Shown here in pieces: positions 1 through 11,989 of a stretch of 64,000 nucleotides of DNA. Source of the stretch: Utricularia gibba. Lineage: Eukaryota > Plantae > Magnoliophyta. Below the pieces are notes generated by a model. That model was not told the origin of the DNA and did not search any database. It saw only the letters and a program-made list of their open reading frames with translations. The stretch spans positions 558,001 through 622,000 of the forward strand of contig NEEC01000018.1 in assembly GCA_002189035.1 (NCBI GenBank). Reading direction: 5' to 3'. Position 1 is the stretch's first letter. Each line of letters begins with the position of its first letter. Position numbers and translations under genes: made by a program.

Positions 1-781
1 TTTCGAGTCCTAAAAGTATGATTCTCTTTATTAAGAATAACCACCCTTGTCACTTTTAAGATGGTATGTATTTTTTGTAACTTATGTAGTATGTATCTCT
101 ATTATGTAATAAACAAGTTATGAAAGAATTAAGGAGATATGGACGCATATCTCTAGCAAAGTAGTTGTACCATGGGCATTATGGCTAATATGTCAAGCAT
201 GTCTGAGGTATTATGTATAAATGAAAGGCAAAAAAGTATGAAAATTATGTAAGAAAGATATGATATGTTATATATGACTTGAGTCTGTGGTAGGAGGTGC
301 TTCTTCTGATTGTTGAATCATTAAACAAGGACACCTTATGTCTCGCCTATTATGGTCTAATAGAAAGACCAAGATTGGATGGTCATGAGAAGTGAGAAAA
401 GATAGTTATTAGGGCTCATAAAGTTTCTTTTATAAGCTCTTCATGATTTTTCTTGGTTTTTGACTTGCTTCAAAACTCAAAAGCATGTTGACTCTTTTAT
501 TTTTTTTAGGGGATTAAGGGATAGTAGCGTAGCTTGTTTACTAAGTTTGGATGAGTATGGTATATGTATGCATAATACATGTTATGTTTGATTCTATTTA
601 ATTATGAGTTAAGTCAGATAAAAAATATTTGGACATAGTCTTATGTCTAATTTATTTATATATTTACCCACTTTGATGACAATAGATCGTGTTATAAAAA
701 AACAACTTGATTTCTAGTGTTTTAGCTAGAATTGAATGATCACGGCTCATCTTTCCTAGGCCTTAAAAGTGGGTCGTGATA
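1..781 (+). mobile_element. 3' part of a Ty3/gypsy (Tekay/Del-like) LTR, truncated by the window edge
   Basis: Non-coding sequence with LTR-like composition ending in GGGTCGTGATA (771-781), one change from the GGGTCGTGACA end common in this lineage. No PBS follows, so it is a solo or 3' LTR. Family assignment is inference. Confidence 0.4.
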
Positions 782-3645
782 AAGTACTCATGGAGTGGGT
801 AATCCTATGGCAGAAGTATTTGTAGGGTGCTTTACCTCTTTTATTATTTTGTGCAAAGTTCTTTGTGAGACAATCTCTTGAAAGGCTATCTATCATGCAT
901 GTCATCTTCCCAAGTTCATGTTGTGGTGCCCATTTTTGTGGCCAACAAATGATTATAGATTATCCCCACATTACCTCGGAGGAGGATGAATTACTCCTTC
1001 TTAGGCAACAAGGCACACGAATTGAATGAAATGAGAGGATCATTTGCAAGAGGGGGAGAGGGTAGAAAGACATTGGTATGAAGTCAAATTTCAAGTCAGA
1101 GGAAGGTTGTTAGTTCAATAGAACTGAAGACATACTTATGATGCTCTTGCTTCATAAAACCATCCCTCATACAAGAAAATGATGATGCCACTCTCATGGA
1201 GGAATACTACAATTCTCTACTTTAGGTTGGTAGTTATGCCTTCATTTCCCTTATCACATCTCATTTGTTTTTCATGTCTTATAATTTCCTCTTATTTGCA
1301 GGCTCTCAATCATGGCCTTAAGCTGACATCCTCCACTTAACTCATGGATTGAGGTGGTAATGAAGGAGAAGGCTATCCTTGCTTAGGAAAATAGAAAGCT
1401 AATAGGGGAGATTGTTGAGAAAATAGCAAAAAGAGAAACTTGATATAGAGAGAGTGGAAGTGGAGCTTCTACACACTCAGAAGTACTTGGCTGAGTTTGC
1501 GTTGTGATTAGAAGCAGATATCAAATGTGAAAAGAAGCTTAAGGAGGAAGGACAACAGCTGAGGGTCCATGATCCTAAATGAAGCACAATGAGCATACAT
1601 CATTCATACCATATAGTTTGGGTTATGCAAGTGGCTACTTCTTAGCAACTCTTAGTTATACCCCAGCTATCGCACCATCATCATAGCCAACAACTATTCA
1701 AGATAAAGCTCCTTGCTCCAATTTATTTCTTAAATTTCTTGCAATAACAATAGCGAACTTTTCCAAAGACTTTAAAAGAACTAATAGAAGGTGTTTCTTT
1801 TTTAAAACCATTTCTTAAATGAAGTTACAAATGAAATAGCTTTGCAAAATAATCTATTTTTTAAAAGCACAAAAATTGGAGTAAACAATGGATCATATCT
1901 AGAATGCTTTTATTCTTTATTCAGAGACTTCATTTTTGGGGGGATCATAAGGTTATAGAAAGATGATGATTAACCTCTGAGTCCCTTAATAAGGTTTCAA
2001 AAGCATAACTTATATGTTTAGAGCACTTAAGATTTTTTATAACATAAAAATTTTACTTCTTTGCAATTAATTTTATTTGCTCGAAAGGTGAAAACACCTC
2101 TTACTCTGATGAAAGGAAATAACTCCAATAGCATTGATTAAAGTCATCAATGAAAAAACATAACTTTTGCTTTCACCCAATGAGGAAATAGGAAAAGATC
2201 TACAAAAGTTAGTGTGAACCCATTCTAATCTCTAGTAGCCTTGCAAATATTGATGTTCTAGATATTGATATGTTTGAACAAATTTCAAAAAGGCAGAATT
2301 AAAGATCAATTGACGTTCAACGAGATTCTTGTTCAACAAATATTTGACATATTTAGTATAGAAATGTCTGAATTCTTTTGTTATAACATAGCTTCATCAC
2401 AGTTATTTGTAGGAAATGCATTAAAACTTAGAACAAAGTTTTTGTTCTTTTCAAGATGGGAAAACGGTGAATTTCCCTTATTATCATTAAGTTTACATGA
2501 GTGACGCTTGAAAATCATATAAAGCATGTCCTTCATCAACTCCCTCGCATTTAATGAACTTAGTCCAAGACCAAGAATATATATAACATTAGTTAAAAGT
2601 TTAGATTCGAATGGAGTCTTTAAAATGATAACATTAATACTAATTGCATCAAACGTTTTCTCATTAATACCTCTCGCAGCATAACCATACTACCAAGAAT
2701 GGTAAAATAGTTTTCATTCAACATCACGTGACTAGTACAAACACACTTGAAAAAGGTCAGCATTCAAACACATAAGAGAAGTTATGGATGCACCTTCAAA
2801 CATGGTGATTGATCTGTATAATAAATATTAAAACAATCTTTCAAAATTAGCTATAATGGAATTAGTTTTACGCTTAATATACCTCTAATTAAAAGACTTT
2901 TAAACTTTTCAATTCTTTAGCATATATCTTTGTTTATGTGGAAAAGAGAACAAAGTTTGATAATTTAGAGTTGGTCGACATCTTTCTCATAAATCGATAA
3001 AAAAATGTTGTTTCCCTATGTGAATATGATCTTAATGATTTGGCTAAGAATTGAGAAGGTTCAATAAAGTATACCCACATTTTGATGTCAAAACAACATT
3101 TTATGTTTTCACATCCTGTGTGCTTATCCTAACAAGTGCTTCGTAAACTGGATATTTCTTTTAAAATTCATCATAATTTTATGTCATTCATTTGGAACAA
3201 TCTTATCAGATTCTCCACACTCCTTTCATCACTCTCACAATGAATAACCAACAGTTGTTCTAGTGATGTCAATACTGTGCTGTAATATGTAAGAGCATTC
3301 CCCTCTTCAATTACAATGATTATAGTTCTACAACTGAAATGCTGCATTTCTTTCTCACCCGTAAAAAAGAAAAAAAAATTGAAGGTTCCAATACACTTGG
3401 CCGTTGGACTCTCAGACCCATCAGTTTTCTCATCTTGGTTGTTGTCTGAGTGGTTCAAGGTACTTCTATCCATTGTTCCGACAGAGTGATCAGCGTACCT
3501 CGGCTATCTTATCTCTGCTGCTGATTAAAGTGAATTTCTTTTCACTCTTTTCTGATACATTCGGAGTTGGGAACCAAACAACTTTGACTGGTCAAGTGAA
3601 TCACAAAACAGCGATTGGTAGATAGATATATGTAAGTATATATAA

Positions 3646-3672
3646 AGAGAGAGAGAGAGAGAGAGAGAGAGA
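3646..3672. repeat. (GA)n microsatellite
   Basis: Direct reading: an uninterrupted AG run of about 13 units. Confidence 0.95.
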
Positions 3673-5213
3673 AGGGTGGGTAGGGGGACGGGGGAGGGAG
3701 GGAGATGGATGGATAGATTCCCGGTGACGAGAGCATTTAACTTTGGTGACAGCATTTGCAGGTCCATCTCAATGCGTTTCCGAAGCAGAAGCATTTACCA
3801 CGACAATTGATTGTATCAACACGTGAAATTCTGATCTTTCTCTGCTCCCTTTGGCGCAAATACCGATGCTTTACCTATTTGATAATTTTGAGGTGAGATT
3901 CTATTTTATGAAAACTCCACTCTCTTTTTTTCTTTTTTGGTACGTGCATTTGTAATGGGGAACAACAAGATTCGACGCATGCTGTAGAGGAAAGTTTCAG
4001 ATTCCAAATTCAAAGAGATCTCCAAGTTGGTTTGCTTCATTGAATTTGTCAAAATGATACATGGGAATGACTAGCGGTGAGCTACTTCATTCCCCTCGGC
4101 AATTCTGAACGCCTCAACCCCACTCAGGTCAATATGAAGAACCCGGTTTCACAATGGTGGGTTCCTCTTCCTGGGGACCTGCTCTCCCTTTTTCCCGGGT
4201 AGCTCCTTTGGCGCATTGCAAGTGCTTAGGCCTCCCAAGTCCGCTTATACTGTTAAAATTAACATAACTAAATACATTTTCACTTAGAAATTCTATATTC
4301 TATTTTATTTTAAACCATGTATTTTAAATTTTTAGCAAGAAATCTGACATACCATAATTCACTAAACCAATGCCAAGCATGGCTTTTACGATGATACCAC
4401 ACATGCCCAATCTGTTCAAGTGTGTGATATGTATTAGTTTCATCATGAAGTAAAACTTTTACCATTTCAAACTCATTTTCAATGATAGTCCAGTGTTTAC
4501 CTGATTACTTTTGTGCTTGTGAAAAGTAAACATCCGTAACATTCATATTTTCTTTAGTGCTAGTAATCACCTTTTGTGGTATAATTATTAATTATTCAAG
4601 TATTAGTATTGAAGCAGCCCAGGTGTAAGCAGTCAACACTGAATATATTACCGCAGTAAAAAAAGAAAGAAGGAAAGTCAAGTCAATCCATGGTCCGTGA
4701 TGATGGTAACAGATAATAAGACCCACAAGAGGAGTCCCCATTTCTTACCACCTCTTGCATGTGTTTTATTTTAGAATAAACTTCTGCTTCCCCTCGTCGT
4801 ATATTGCCCCTTGGGTTTCCCACTCCAGCTACGCAAACCAAATAATAATATTAATAATAAAATAGTCTCCTAACACTTGAAAAAAAAAAGGAAAAGAAAA
4901 GAAAAGGCATTCTTTTTAAATTCTGTTGCCAACCTGTGATGTGCTAGTGTTTGTTCTTTTTAAACAACACTTGTGGAGCGGCTACAGCGCAGCTCTTCTG
5001 CTTAAATGACAATTTAAAGGGTTGGAGATGTCGTAGCAAGATTGGACAGGCAGCGTCTTCCTTAAATACAAGGTCCCCAGACAGGGAGCGCATTCCCACA
5101 CCAGAGGTGAGTAGGGATCATTGATGCTGCTGTTGTGCTCTTCTTTTCTTCTCCTTCTTCTCTTTTTTCCAGCCCTTTTTTGATGTGTTTGTCATTTGTT
5201 TGGTGAAAAAGGA

Positions 5214-6773
5214 ATGGGCGGAAGTTCATGGCTAACTGCAGTCAAGAGAGCCTTCAGGTCTCCAACGAAGGACTCCCACACAAAGAACTCCAGAAGGAAA
5301 GTTGAGCATCCACCGAGTGGAGGAGAAAAGGTCAACTTTTGTAGTGTCTGTGGAACAGGGGCTTCGAGTTTTAAGTTTGTGTGTTAAATACCACTCTAGT
5401 GATGTTGTTACAGAGCTCGGAAAAGAGGAAATGGGTTTTCAGGAAGAAGGGAACTCCCATTCACCAGCAGAAAACGGAGCCCTTGGAGCAGCGCCACGCC
5501 ATCGAGGCGGCAGAAGCTGCTGTCGCGGCAGCTAAAGCGGCTGTTGACATGATTCGACTGCGTAATCCGTCAGACGCTGCCGCCTCCTTCAAGCTGCATT
5601 ATGCTGCTAAGCTCATTCAAACAACTTTCAGAGGCTATCTGGTGAGCAAATCTTTTATCCCAAAATGTGCTTCTGCTCCCATCCCAATCTTCTTGAAAGC
5701 TAGGGGAAAACGTGATTAAAGCATGCGATAAACAGTACAATTTACCTTGGGCTGAGTAAGGAAGTGCTTCGGCATTTGTACAGGATGAAGTTATATTGAG
5801 GTTCGGCTAGATTTGTGATAGAACTTGAATTTGCGGAGTTGCGCAGGCTAGAAAGGCTCTGTTGGCACTTAAGGGAATTGTGAAATTGCAAGCCCTGATT
5901 CGAGGGCAGAATGTGAGGAGGCAAGCCGCCAAGACAATGAAGTGTATGCAGTCGCTCCTCCGTGTGCAGTCGATGGTTCGCGAACACCGCAACCGCCTCT
6001 CCCACGACGGCGGACGCCGCTCCCTCTTTGCTGAAGCTTCGGATTTCTGGGATTACACCAACAATTTCAACCACCGGAACGCCGTGGTGAGAAAACTGAA
6101 ACTTGCATTTGTCCTTTTCTTTTCCTCCGATGAATTTGTGTGCGTATCCATCTCCCTGCAGTCAAGAAACGGCAGTTTGATCGCCCACGATTGGGGCATC
6201 AAGTTCCCTCGATCTCTCCAAGAGCTCGAAGCAATATTCAAGTACAGAAACGAAGCTGCTGCTGCAAATCCGACAATCAAGACAGTGGAGATGGATGAGG
6301 ATTGCAGCAGATCACAGTGCCCAAGTCCGGTCCACTGGCGCTCTGTTCTGACAAGCAGAGCGCGAACACCGCGGCTCAGCGCGAGCCGTTCGATGGCTAA
6401 CACACCCTGCTTACGATCCACTCAACAACGCATCAGCAGTTGCATCTCTCGCAATGAAGACCAGGAGATGCTGCCTAGTTACATGGCGCCCACCGAGTCA
6501 GCGAAGGCCAGGATACGTTCGCAAAGCGTGCCGCGTCAGAGGGAGTCGACGCCGGAGAGAGAACGCAGCTGCTCTGCACGCAGACGACTCCAGTACCATG
6601 TGCCTGAAGCTCAACCTCCACATTGCGTTTCTAAGGTGAAAAGCCCCGCTAGCTTCAAGAGCCTTCGCCAAGTGGAAGATGAAAAATGGATGTCCTCGTG
6701 CTACGCGAGAAGTGCTGCCGGAGAAACCTCACATTCGTCATGCTCCACGGAGCTGAGGGGATTCCTAATGTGA
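5214..6773 (+). CDS. IQD: IQ67-domain calmodulin-binding protein, IQD16/17/18-like, about 398 aa
   Basis: Exons 5214-5330, 5414-5641, 5847-6086 and 6162-6773, with GT-AG phase-0 introns. N-terminal [14 protein letters not shown] and KRKWVFRK motifs. IQ67 domain [13 protein letters not shown]|[27 protein letters not shown] has the family-typical phase-0 intron. C-terminal [23 protein letters not shown] motif. Spliced frame is open to TGA at 6771-6773. Confidence 0.93.
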
Positions 6774-8439
6774 ATCTGTAGCCTCTTAGCTGACCTGCCA
6801 ATCAACTTGTGAGAAGAATCCAACTGCTTACTATTCATAAAGTATGATCTAAATCAACAACTTGTATCGAAAGAGAAATATGGATACAAGGAATCGTGCT
6901 TGACGCGTAATCTCAAAGGAGTACTCATACGCCTTTGACATGTTAGGGGGATCGTTTGGTTTACTCGTCTGATTCAGGTAAAGCAGGCAAAAACCCACTT
7001 TCATGGATATATACAAATCAAGGGGAGAGAGTTACCTAAACTCATCCCTTATTTCAGTTTTAACCTTCCAAGCATTACTCTTCTTATTATATTGGTGTAG
7101 TTCAAAAGTGGATTTGCATTATGATGGAAGATGCTTGTTGCAGCAAAATGGAGTCTTTCTCAAATAAGGTAATCCTGTCCCATATTTTTGGGTTTCTTTG
7201 AGAAATGGGTCTTCAATTTCACTTGGGCTAAGTAGGATTGAATATATTTTGGAAGTTTTTTATACAAGTATAAACTTCAATTCTAGGGATGGGTTTGTGA
7301 ACATCCAAAATTTGAAAAATGCCGCCCATTGTTTTGTTTCCTATGAATGAATTTACATTATTTTTGTTAAGACATTATAGTGGGTCTTTTTGCTAAATAC
7401 GGTTATGATTTTCTTGTGTTGGACAAGTTGTGGTGATGCATTATCCACAATTTCCTACATTGCACGATGCACGAGTTTGATAGTTTATTGAGCATAAGTA
7501 ATTTCAGGAGTGAGAGTGATAACATCTCAACCAAGAGAAAGTTGAACAAGAATTATATAACCGTAAGAGAGTCTCTCGAAAACAATCAAAAAGATCTACA
7601 TTTAAGAAGGGCGAAGCAATTGATTTAGTAACTTTTTTAAGTATGTAAATGTAAGGATTATCCCAATCCTTCCATGTCATCATCTAGAGCTAGGCACGGG
7701 TACGAGATGGGTCAAAGGTGCATGGGTGCGAGTTGACCCAACGGGTCTGGACAAATGGGCCTATAATGTAGTCCATTAAGAAATATGTGGTTTTTAATAA
7801 AAAGGGTTGGGCTGCTCAACCGCTTCAATCTATTTAATATATATGAATGTTATAAAGGCCAAATTCACCAAAATATAAATATATGGGCTAATAACCTGTT
7901 TTTCAAATGCTTGTGCCCCTCCCATTTGAGAATTCTGTATATTGTTCATTGAGCATTTAGGAGATTAATTTTGCATAATCAAAGGCTTTCAGACCACAAT
8001 TGAAGTTGAACCCCTAGAACCCACATACTTTGTGGTGTTTGGAGACCTTCGAAAAAGTATGTGTGCAACTATCCAAAGAGAAATGGAAGCATGCGTATGT
8101 GCGGTTAATGGTAATTTATATTTTTTAAACGTTTATGTGAGTTAAACGGTTTGCTATTCCAAACACTAAAAGCAGATTTTCCAACACAATGAAATTCTAC
8201 TTTCTTTATGCTTTTATCTTTTATTCCTTATAGAGAAGTTATTTCATTGTTTTTAACTATATATGTCGATCTAAATATTGTGATTAATGATCATGTATAT
8301 GCTAAGTTTGACATATTAGTTGAATATTTTTCTCTTTCATAAATAAACTAAGTTATTTAGTATTGTTTACTATACTACCACATATGTTGTGTTGCCTATT
8401 TTAGTTGTCATAACCTCTACGTTTAAGAAATATTTTGAT

Positions 8440-9142
8440 GTGCAACTAGTCTCTAATAGTACAAGATCTATGGTCCAAAAATTTATGAAATATTGAGACT
8501 ATACCTACATTGTTTCTTGTAGCAAATATGCTTGATACTAGGGTGAAGGCATCCAATTTAAATTTCTTTTGTGATTATTTTACATCCTTTGATTTTCATA
8601 ATATTCGGCCTGAAGCAAAAAAAAAAAAAAAAACGTATATCTCTGTTTTGGATGCTTTAACATATTTGCATGACTTATATGATTGTGAAGCATCCAATAT
8701 GCTGATTGGAAGCGAGGAGTTGCATAGAGGGATCTCATGTTGTGCGGATAATTATTATTCAATGATTTCAGTATCCACTAGCATGACCACCAAGGCTAGC
8801 GAGGTGGCATTGTAGAATGTAACCCACCAATTCCAAACTAAGGGTGATAACTTTGATGTATTAAATTGATGGAAATCACAAATTGTTGTATATCCTATAT
8901 TGGCACACGAGGCTACAAATGTGTTGGCACCCCCACCTTAAACCATGGTATCAGAGAGCGCCTTTAACTTGAGTGGTCGGATTCTCACTCCGAGAAGGTC
9001 AAGCTTGATGGGGGTCACTCTTGAAGCGTGCGTTTATTTAAAGGATTGGAGAGCTGTAAAACAAAAGATACAAATTTTTGTTGAAGATGACATGAACAAT
9101 GATGATGGTGGAGAAGGGAGTTCCACATCTGAAAATGAGTGA
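8440..9142 (+). pseudogene. hAT transposase C-terminal fragment including the dimerisation domain
   Basis: Translations FLVANMLDTRVK (LDPR-K motif) and FDVLN*WKSQ..YPILAHEATNVLA..MVSESAFNLSGRILTPRRSSL, with stops and frameshifts. Confidence 0.85.
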
Positions 9143-9339
9143 CCTTACCTTATTATTTATTTATTTGTTATTTTTTTCATGTACTAACTAAAACCCAAGT
9201 TTTTAACTCCGTTTATGTCCATATTTGAACACAATCAGTTTCAAGCTTGAAGTAAAAAGAGGAAACTTATAGTGTCATGTGAAAGTCTTTTGATAGTGCA
9301 CGAACATAAAAAGACACAAGTGCCTCTTTTAGACATCGC

Positions 9340-9680
9340 AAATGTACAATTGCAGTGCTTGGACATCAAAAAGCTTCAACGTCCTCCAAGCACTACAAAC
9401 GTGCAATTGCAGTGTTTGGATATCAAAATGCTTCAATATTCCCCAGGTACCACAAATGTGCAATTGTAGTGCCTAGACATTAAAAGGCTTCAATCTCCCC
9501 CAGATATTACAAATGTAATATTGTAGTGTCTGGATATTAAAAAGCTTCAATGTTCCCTAAGCACTATAAATATGCCATTGCAGTACTTGAACATTGAAAG
9601 GGTTCAATGTGCCTGTTTTAGGCATCTCAAATGTGCTATTACGGTGCCTAAACCAAGCAAAATTGTGGTATGTCTGCAAG
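9340..9680. repeat. Tandem array of about 6 copies of a 57-bp unit
   Basis: Unit starts at 9340, 9397, 9454, 9511 and 9568 (period 57), then 9629. Consensus is about AAATGTGCAATTGCAGTGCTTGGACATCAAAAAGCTTCAA...CCAAGCACTAC. Confidence 0.9.
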
Positions 9681-9849
9681 TAAGGCAATACAATGCATAC
9701 AAATGTTGTAAGACCAAATCAATATTTCAATGTATGCATCACAAGTCTCGAAATTTAGAAACAAGTTGCGAATTGTGCCCTTCTCTCAACAATTGATATG
9801 CATTGTAGCATATTAAGCAAGTGCATTGTAGTGGTCCCATAATGGATTT

Positions 9850-10690
9850 TGAGAATCCAATGAGCTTGTCCTACATGATACTCATTCATAAAAGATAGCA
9901 TATTGGAGGCCATCACTCATACCTCAAAGAAGTTTCATATCTCACTTCCTTTAGCTAAGGCAATATTCTCAATATTTATATGGGTAAACAACATAGGGAA
10001 CATGGCATTATCACGTTGTTGAATATCCCAAGCTACAACTGGTAAGTATGCTGACACAAGAAGTATAATATTTAATATTCAGAGAATTACTATTACTTAT
10101 TGGATTCCTAATTAACTTGAATGATGAGTTATCAATAAGAAGTATATTGTTACTATGATACTTTCCTTAGAATTCTGCATCTTAATATCATATGTGCTCC
10201 AATTCTTTTAGCATCACATTGTTTGTATAATTGTCATGAGCACACACATATATTTGACTCGTTTCTAAGGCATCCCATACAAAAGCAAGTCTATTGGTCT
10301 CCGTAGAGCTGAAGACCCACTTCACTATCTCATCAAATTGTGCTCTATAACAGAGTTTCAACAATAGAAATATTCAATTAACTTTATGATGTCAATATTA
10401 TGCGCTCCATGATGACCATATCCCCACGTCAAAGTGCTCCATACACCATTCAATAAATTCTTGGGTATGAGATTGCAGGAAAACTATAAAAGCCGAAAAA
10501 AAAACAAAGCATTGCATAAGAGTTGTATAATGTACAAATACTGAACATGTTATCTTCACTTTCCTATATCTATCATAGATGACTGCATCTGGCTTCTATG
10601 GCGGCCTTTGAGTTTGGCCTTGAAACACAATATCGGCCAGCACACAATTCACATTTAACATGATCAACTTTCTAGAGGTTCCACAGCAAC
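9850..10690 (-). pseudogene. FCP1/NIF (HAD-superfamily) phosphatase-like pseudogene inside the hAT
   Basis: Minus-strand translations in the expected order: RKLIMLNVNCVLADIV (cf. KKLLVLDINGLLADI), FLQSHTQEFIEWCMEHFDVGIWSS, RLAFVWD, YHSNNILLIDNSSFK. These are separated by intron-like AT-rich spacers and contain multiple stops. Family recognised by eye. Confidence 0.7.
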
Positions 10691-11989
10691 CATTGAGAGG
10701 CCACCATAGACTCATTGATTCTTGCAACACTTCAATTTTTCATCAAGTGATTTGTTTTCCTCTAGTAGATGACTAACATCTATTTGTTGACACTCTTGAT
10801 GGACTCGAGTGCCATTATCGGACTCTCTTGCAACATCATCATTAACTTCGTCAACATGCGCTCTTTGACATTTATGAGACATCCTAGTCTGACCACACAA
10901 AAAATGATGAGTCCCTATGATAATGACATATGGTGACAATATACCATTTAAGGATTAACTCTTGTTATCGAAAATATCAAGGAGCGCATCTACTCCTTGG
11001 GGTATCCTCTCAAACGTGGCAAATAAATATATTGAGTAAAATAAATTTTTTATGAGTGTTTTACTTTTGATATGGGAAAAATATCATACTCTTTGTCTTT
11101 TCAATAGTAAATAAAGATTCTAGTTGTGTGGGAAAATCTAGTTCTTTTGAAGGGGACACCTATACAAAGCTCAATCATTATAACCGCTGTGCATGTCTTC
11201 TACCAATGCTATACCCAGCTTTCCTTTCAATGAGAAGTGGTTGATTCTCCGATTCTTCTTACATATGCTAACTATGAAAAAAAATTTAAGAGGAGATTCA
11301 ACATGTTATTCGGTGCACATGATCATGAATGATAAGTGGAAGGTCACCATCGAAAATGGCTCTATGGGTAGTTTCAGTTCACATTGATAATGTTCAGTAC
11401 TAACCACAAACCCCATTGGTCTAACCCGAAGTGGAAGGTCAACGTTGATGTTCTCCTCGTCCTCCTTGTCCCATAGGAAGAAGCCTTTGGGTATTATGAA
11501 TCACAGCCTCAACTTGTCCGATGTGTGCATCATCTCTAGCTTGTGTAACGCTACTTCAAAAACTCCAAAAACAACTTCACAAACCTTTTTTACAACTCCT
11601 TACCAACTTGCGCCTTCAACCTTTCCTCATATGCATCACAATCCATGGCAATTATCGTGACAATTTACACTCTTTGAACATGCGTTTGCAGTATGTCGAG
11701 TGGTGGGTTGTAGTGTGTGTTATTGTGGGTGAAAAGTGTGTGTTTGAATTGTGGTGGTGAGGGTTTCAACAATTGCGTATGATATTATAAAATTTAATTG
11801 AAAAAAATCTGACTCGTGTCAATTCGTGACCTAGGACGAGTCAGCCTTTCCAACCTGCCAACCCATACCCACCGAGTTTCACAATTCATTTCCGATTCGG
11901 AGGATCACAATTGAGTTGGATTCTTGTCCAGCTCTAATGGCATTTGTTGAATCTGTTGATTGTGGCCACATTGATTGCAGCCAATACTC

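Larger units (their letters stand above)
7685..11936 (+). mobile_element. Internally deleted hAT DNA transposon inserted in the Copia 3' LTR
   Basis: Ends TAGAGCTAGGCAC and (reverse complement) TAGAGCTGGACAA. Subterminal ACCC/GGGT-rich motifs. Contains hAT transposase C-terminal remains. Interrupts the LTR alignment exactly, with a roughly 8-bp overlap consistent with a decayed TSD. Confidence 0.8.

Noticed and set aside
960-1600. Coding-like, Glu/Lys-rich patch with an intron-like GT...CAG gap
   Set aside because: Many stops and no motif I could assign. Probably TE-derived, but not supportable as a feature.
2265-2800. 79-aa ORF and possible LINE/CACTA remnant on the minus strand
   Set aside because: Only vague motif resemblance in any frame, so it cannot be called.
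3171-3473. 100-aa minus-strand ORF MDRSTLNH...
   Set aside because: No recognisable domain. It runs through a T-rich tract and lies just downstream of a strong splice donor, so it is more likely intronic or chance.
6946-6960. TTA-GGGGGATCGTTTGG, resembling a Tourist MITE end
   Set aside because: No matching inverted end was found nearby.
8946-8957. TGGTATCAGAG, resembling a Met PBS
   Set aside because: It is the M-V-S-E codons of the hAT dimerisation motif, with no adjacent LTR.
9340-9680. CRISPR-like repeat array
   Set aside because: Eukaryotic context, whole units are homologous with no unique spacers, and there are no cas genes.
9272-9796. ORFs made of 19-aa repeats (possible repeat protein)
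   Set aside because: These are by-products of a 57-bp DNA repeat. Stops interrupt the array.
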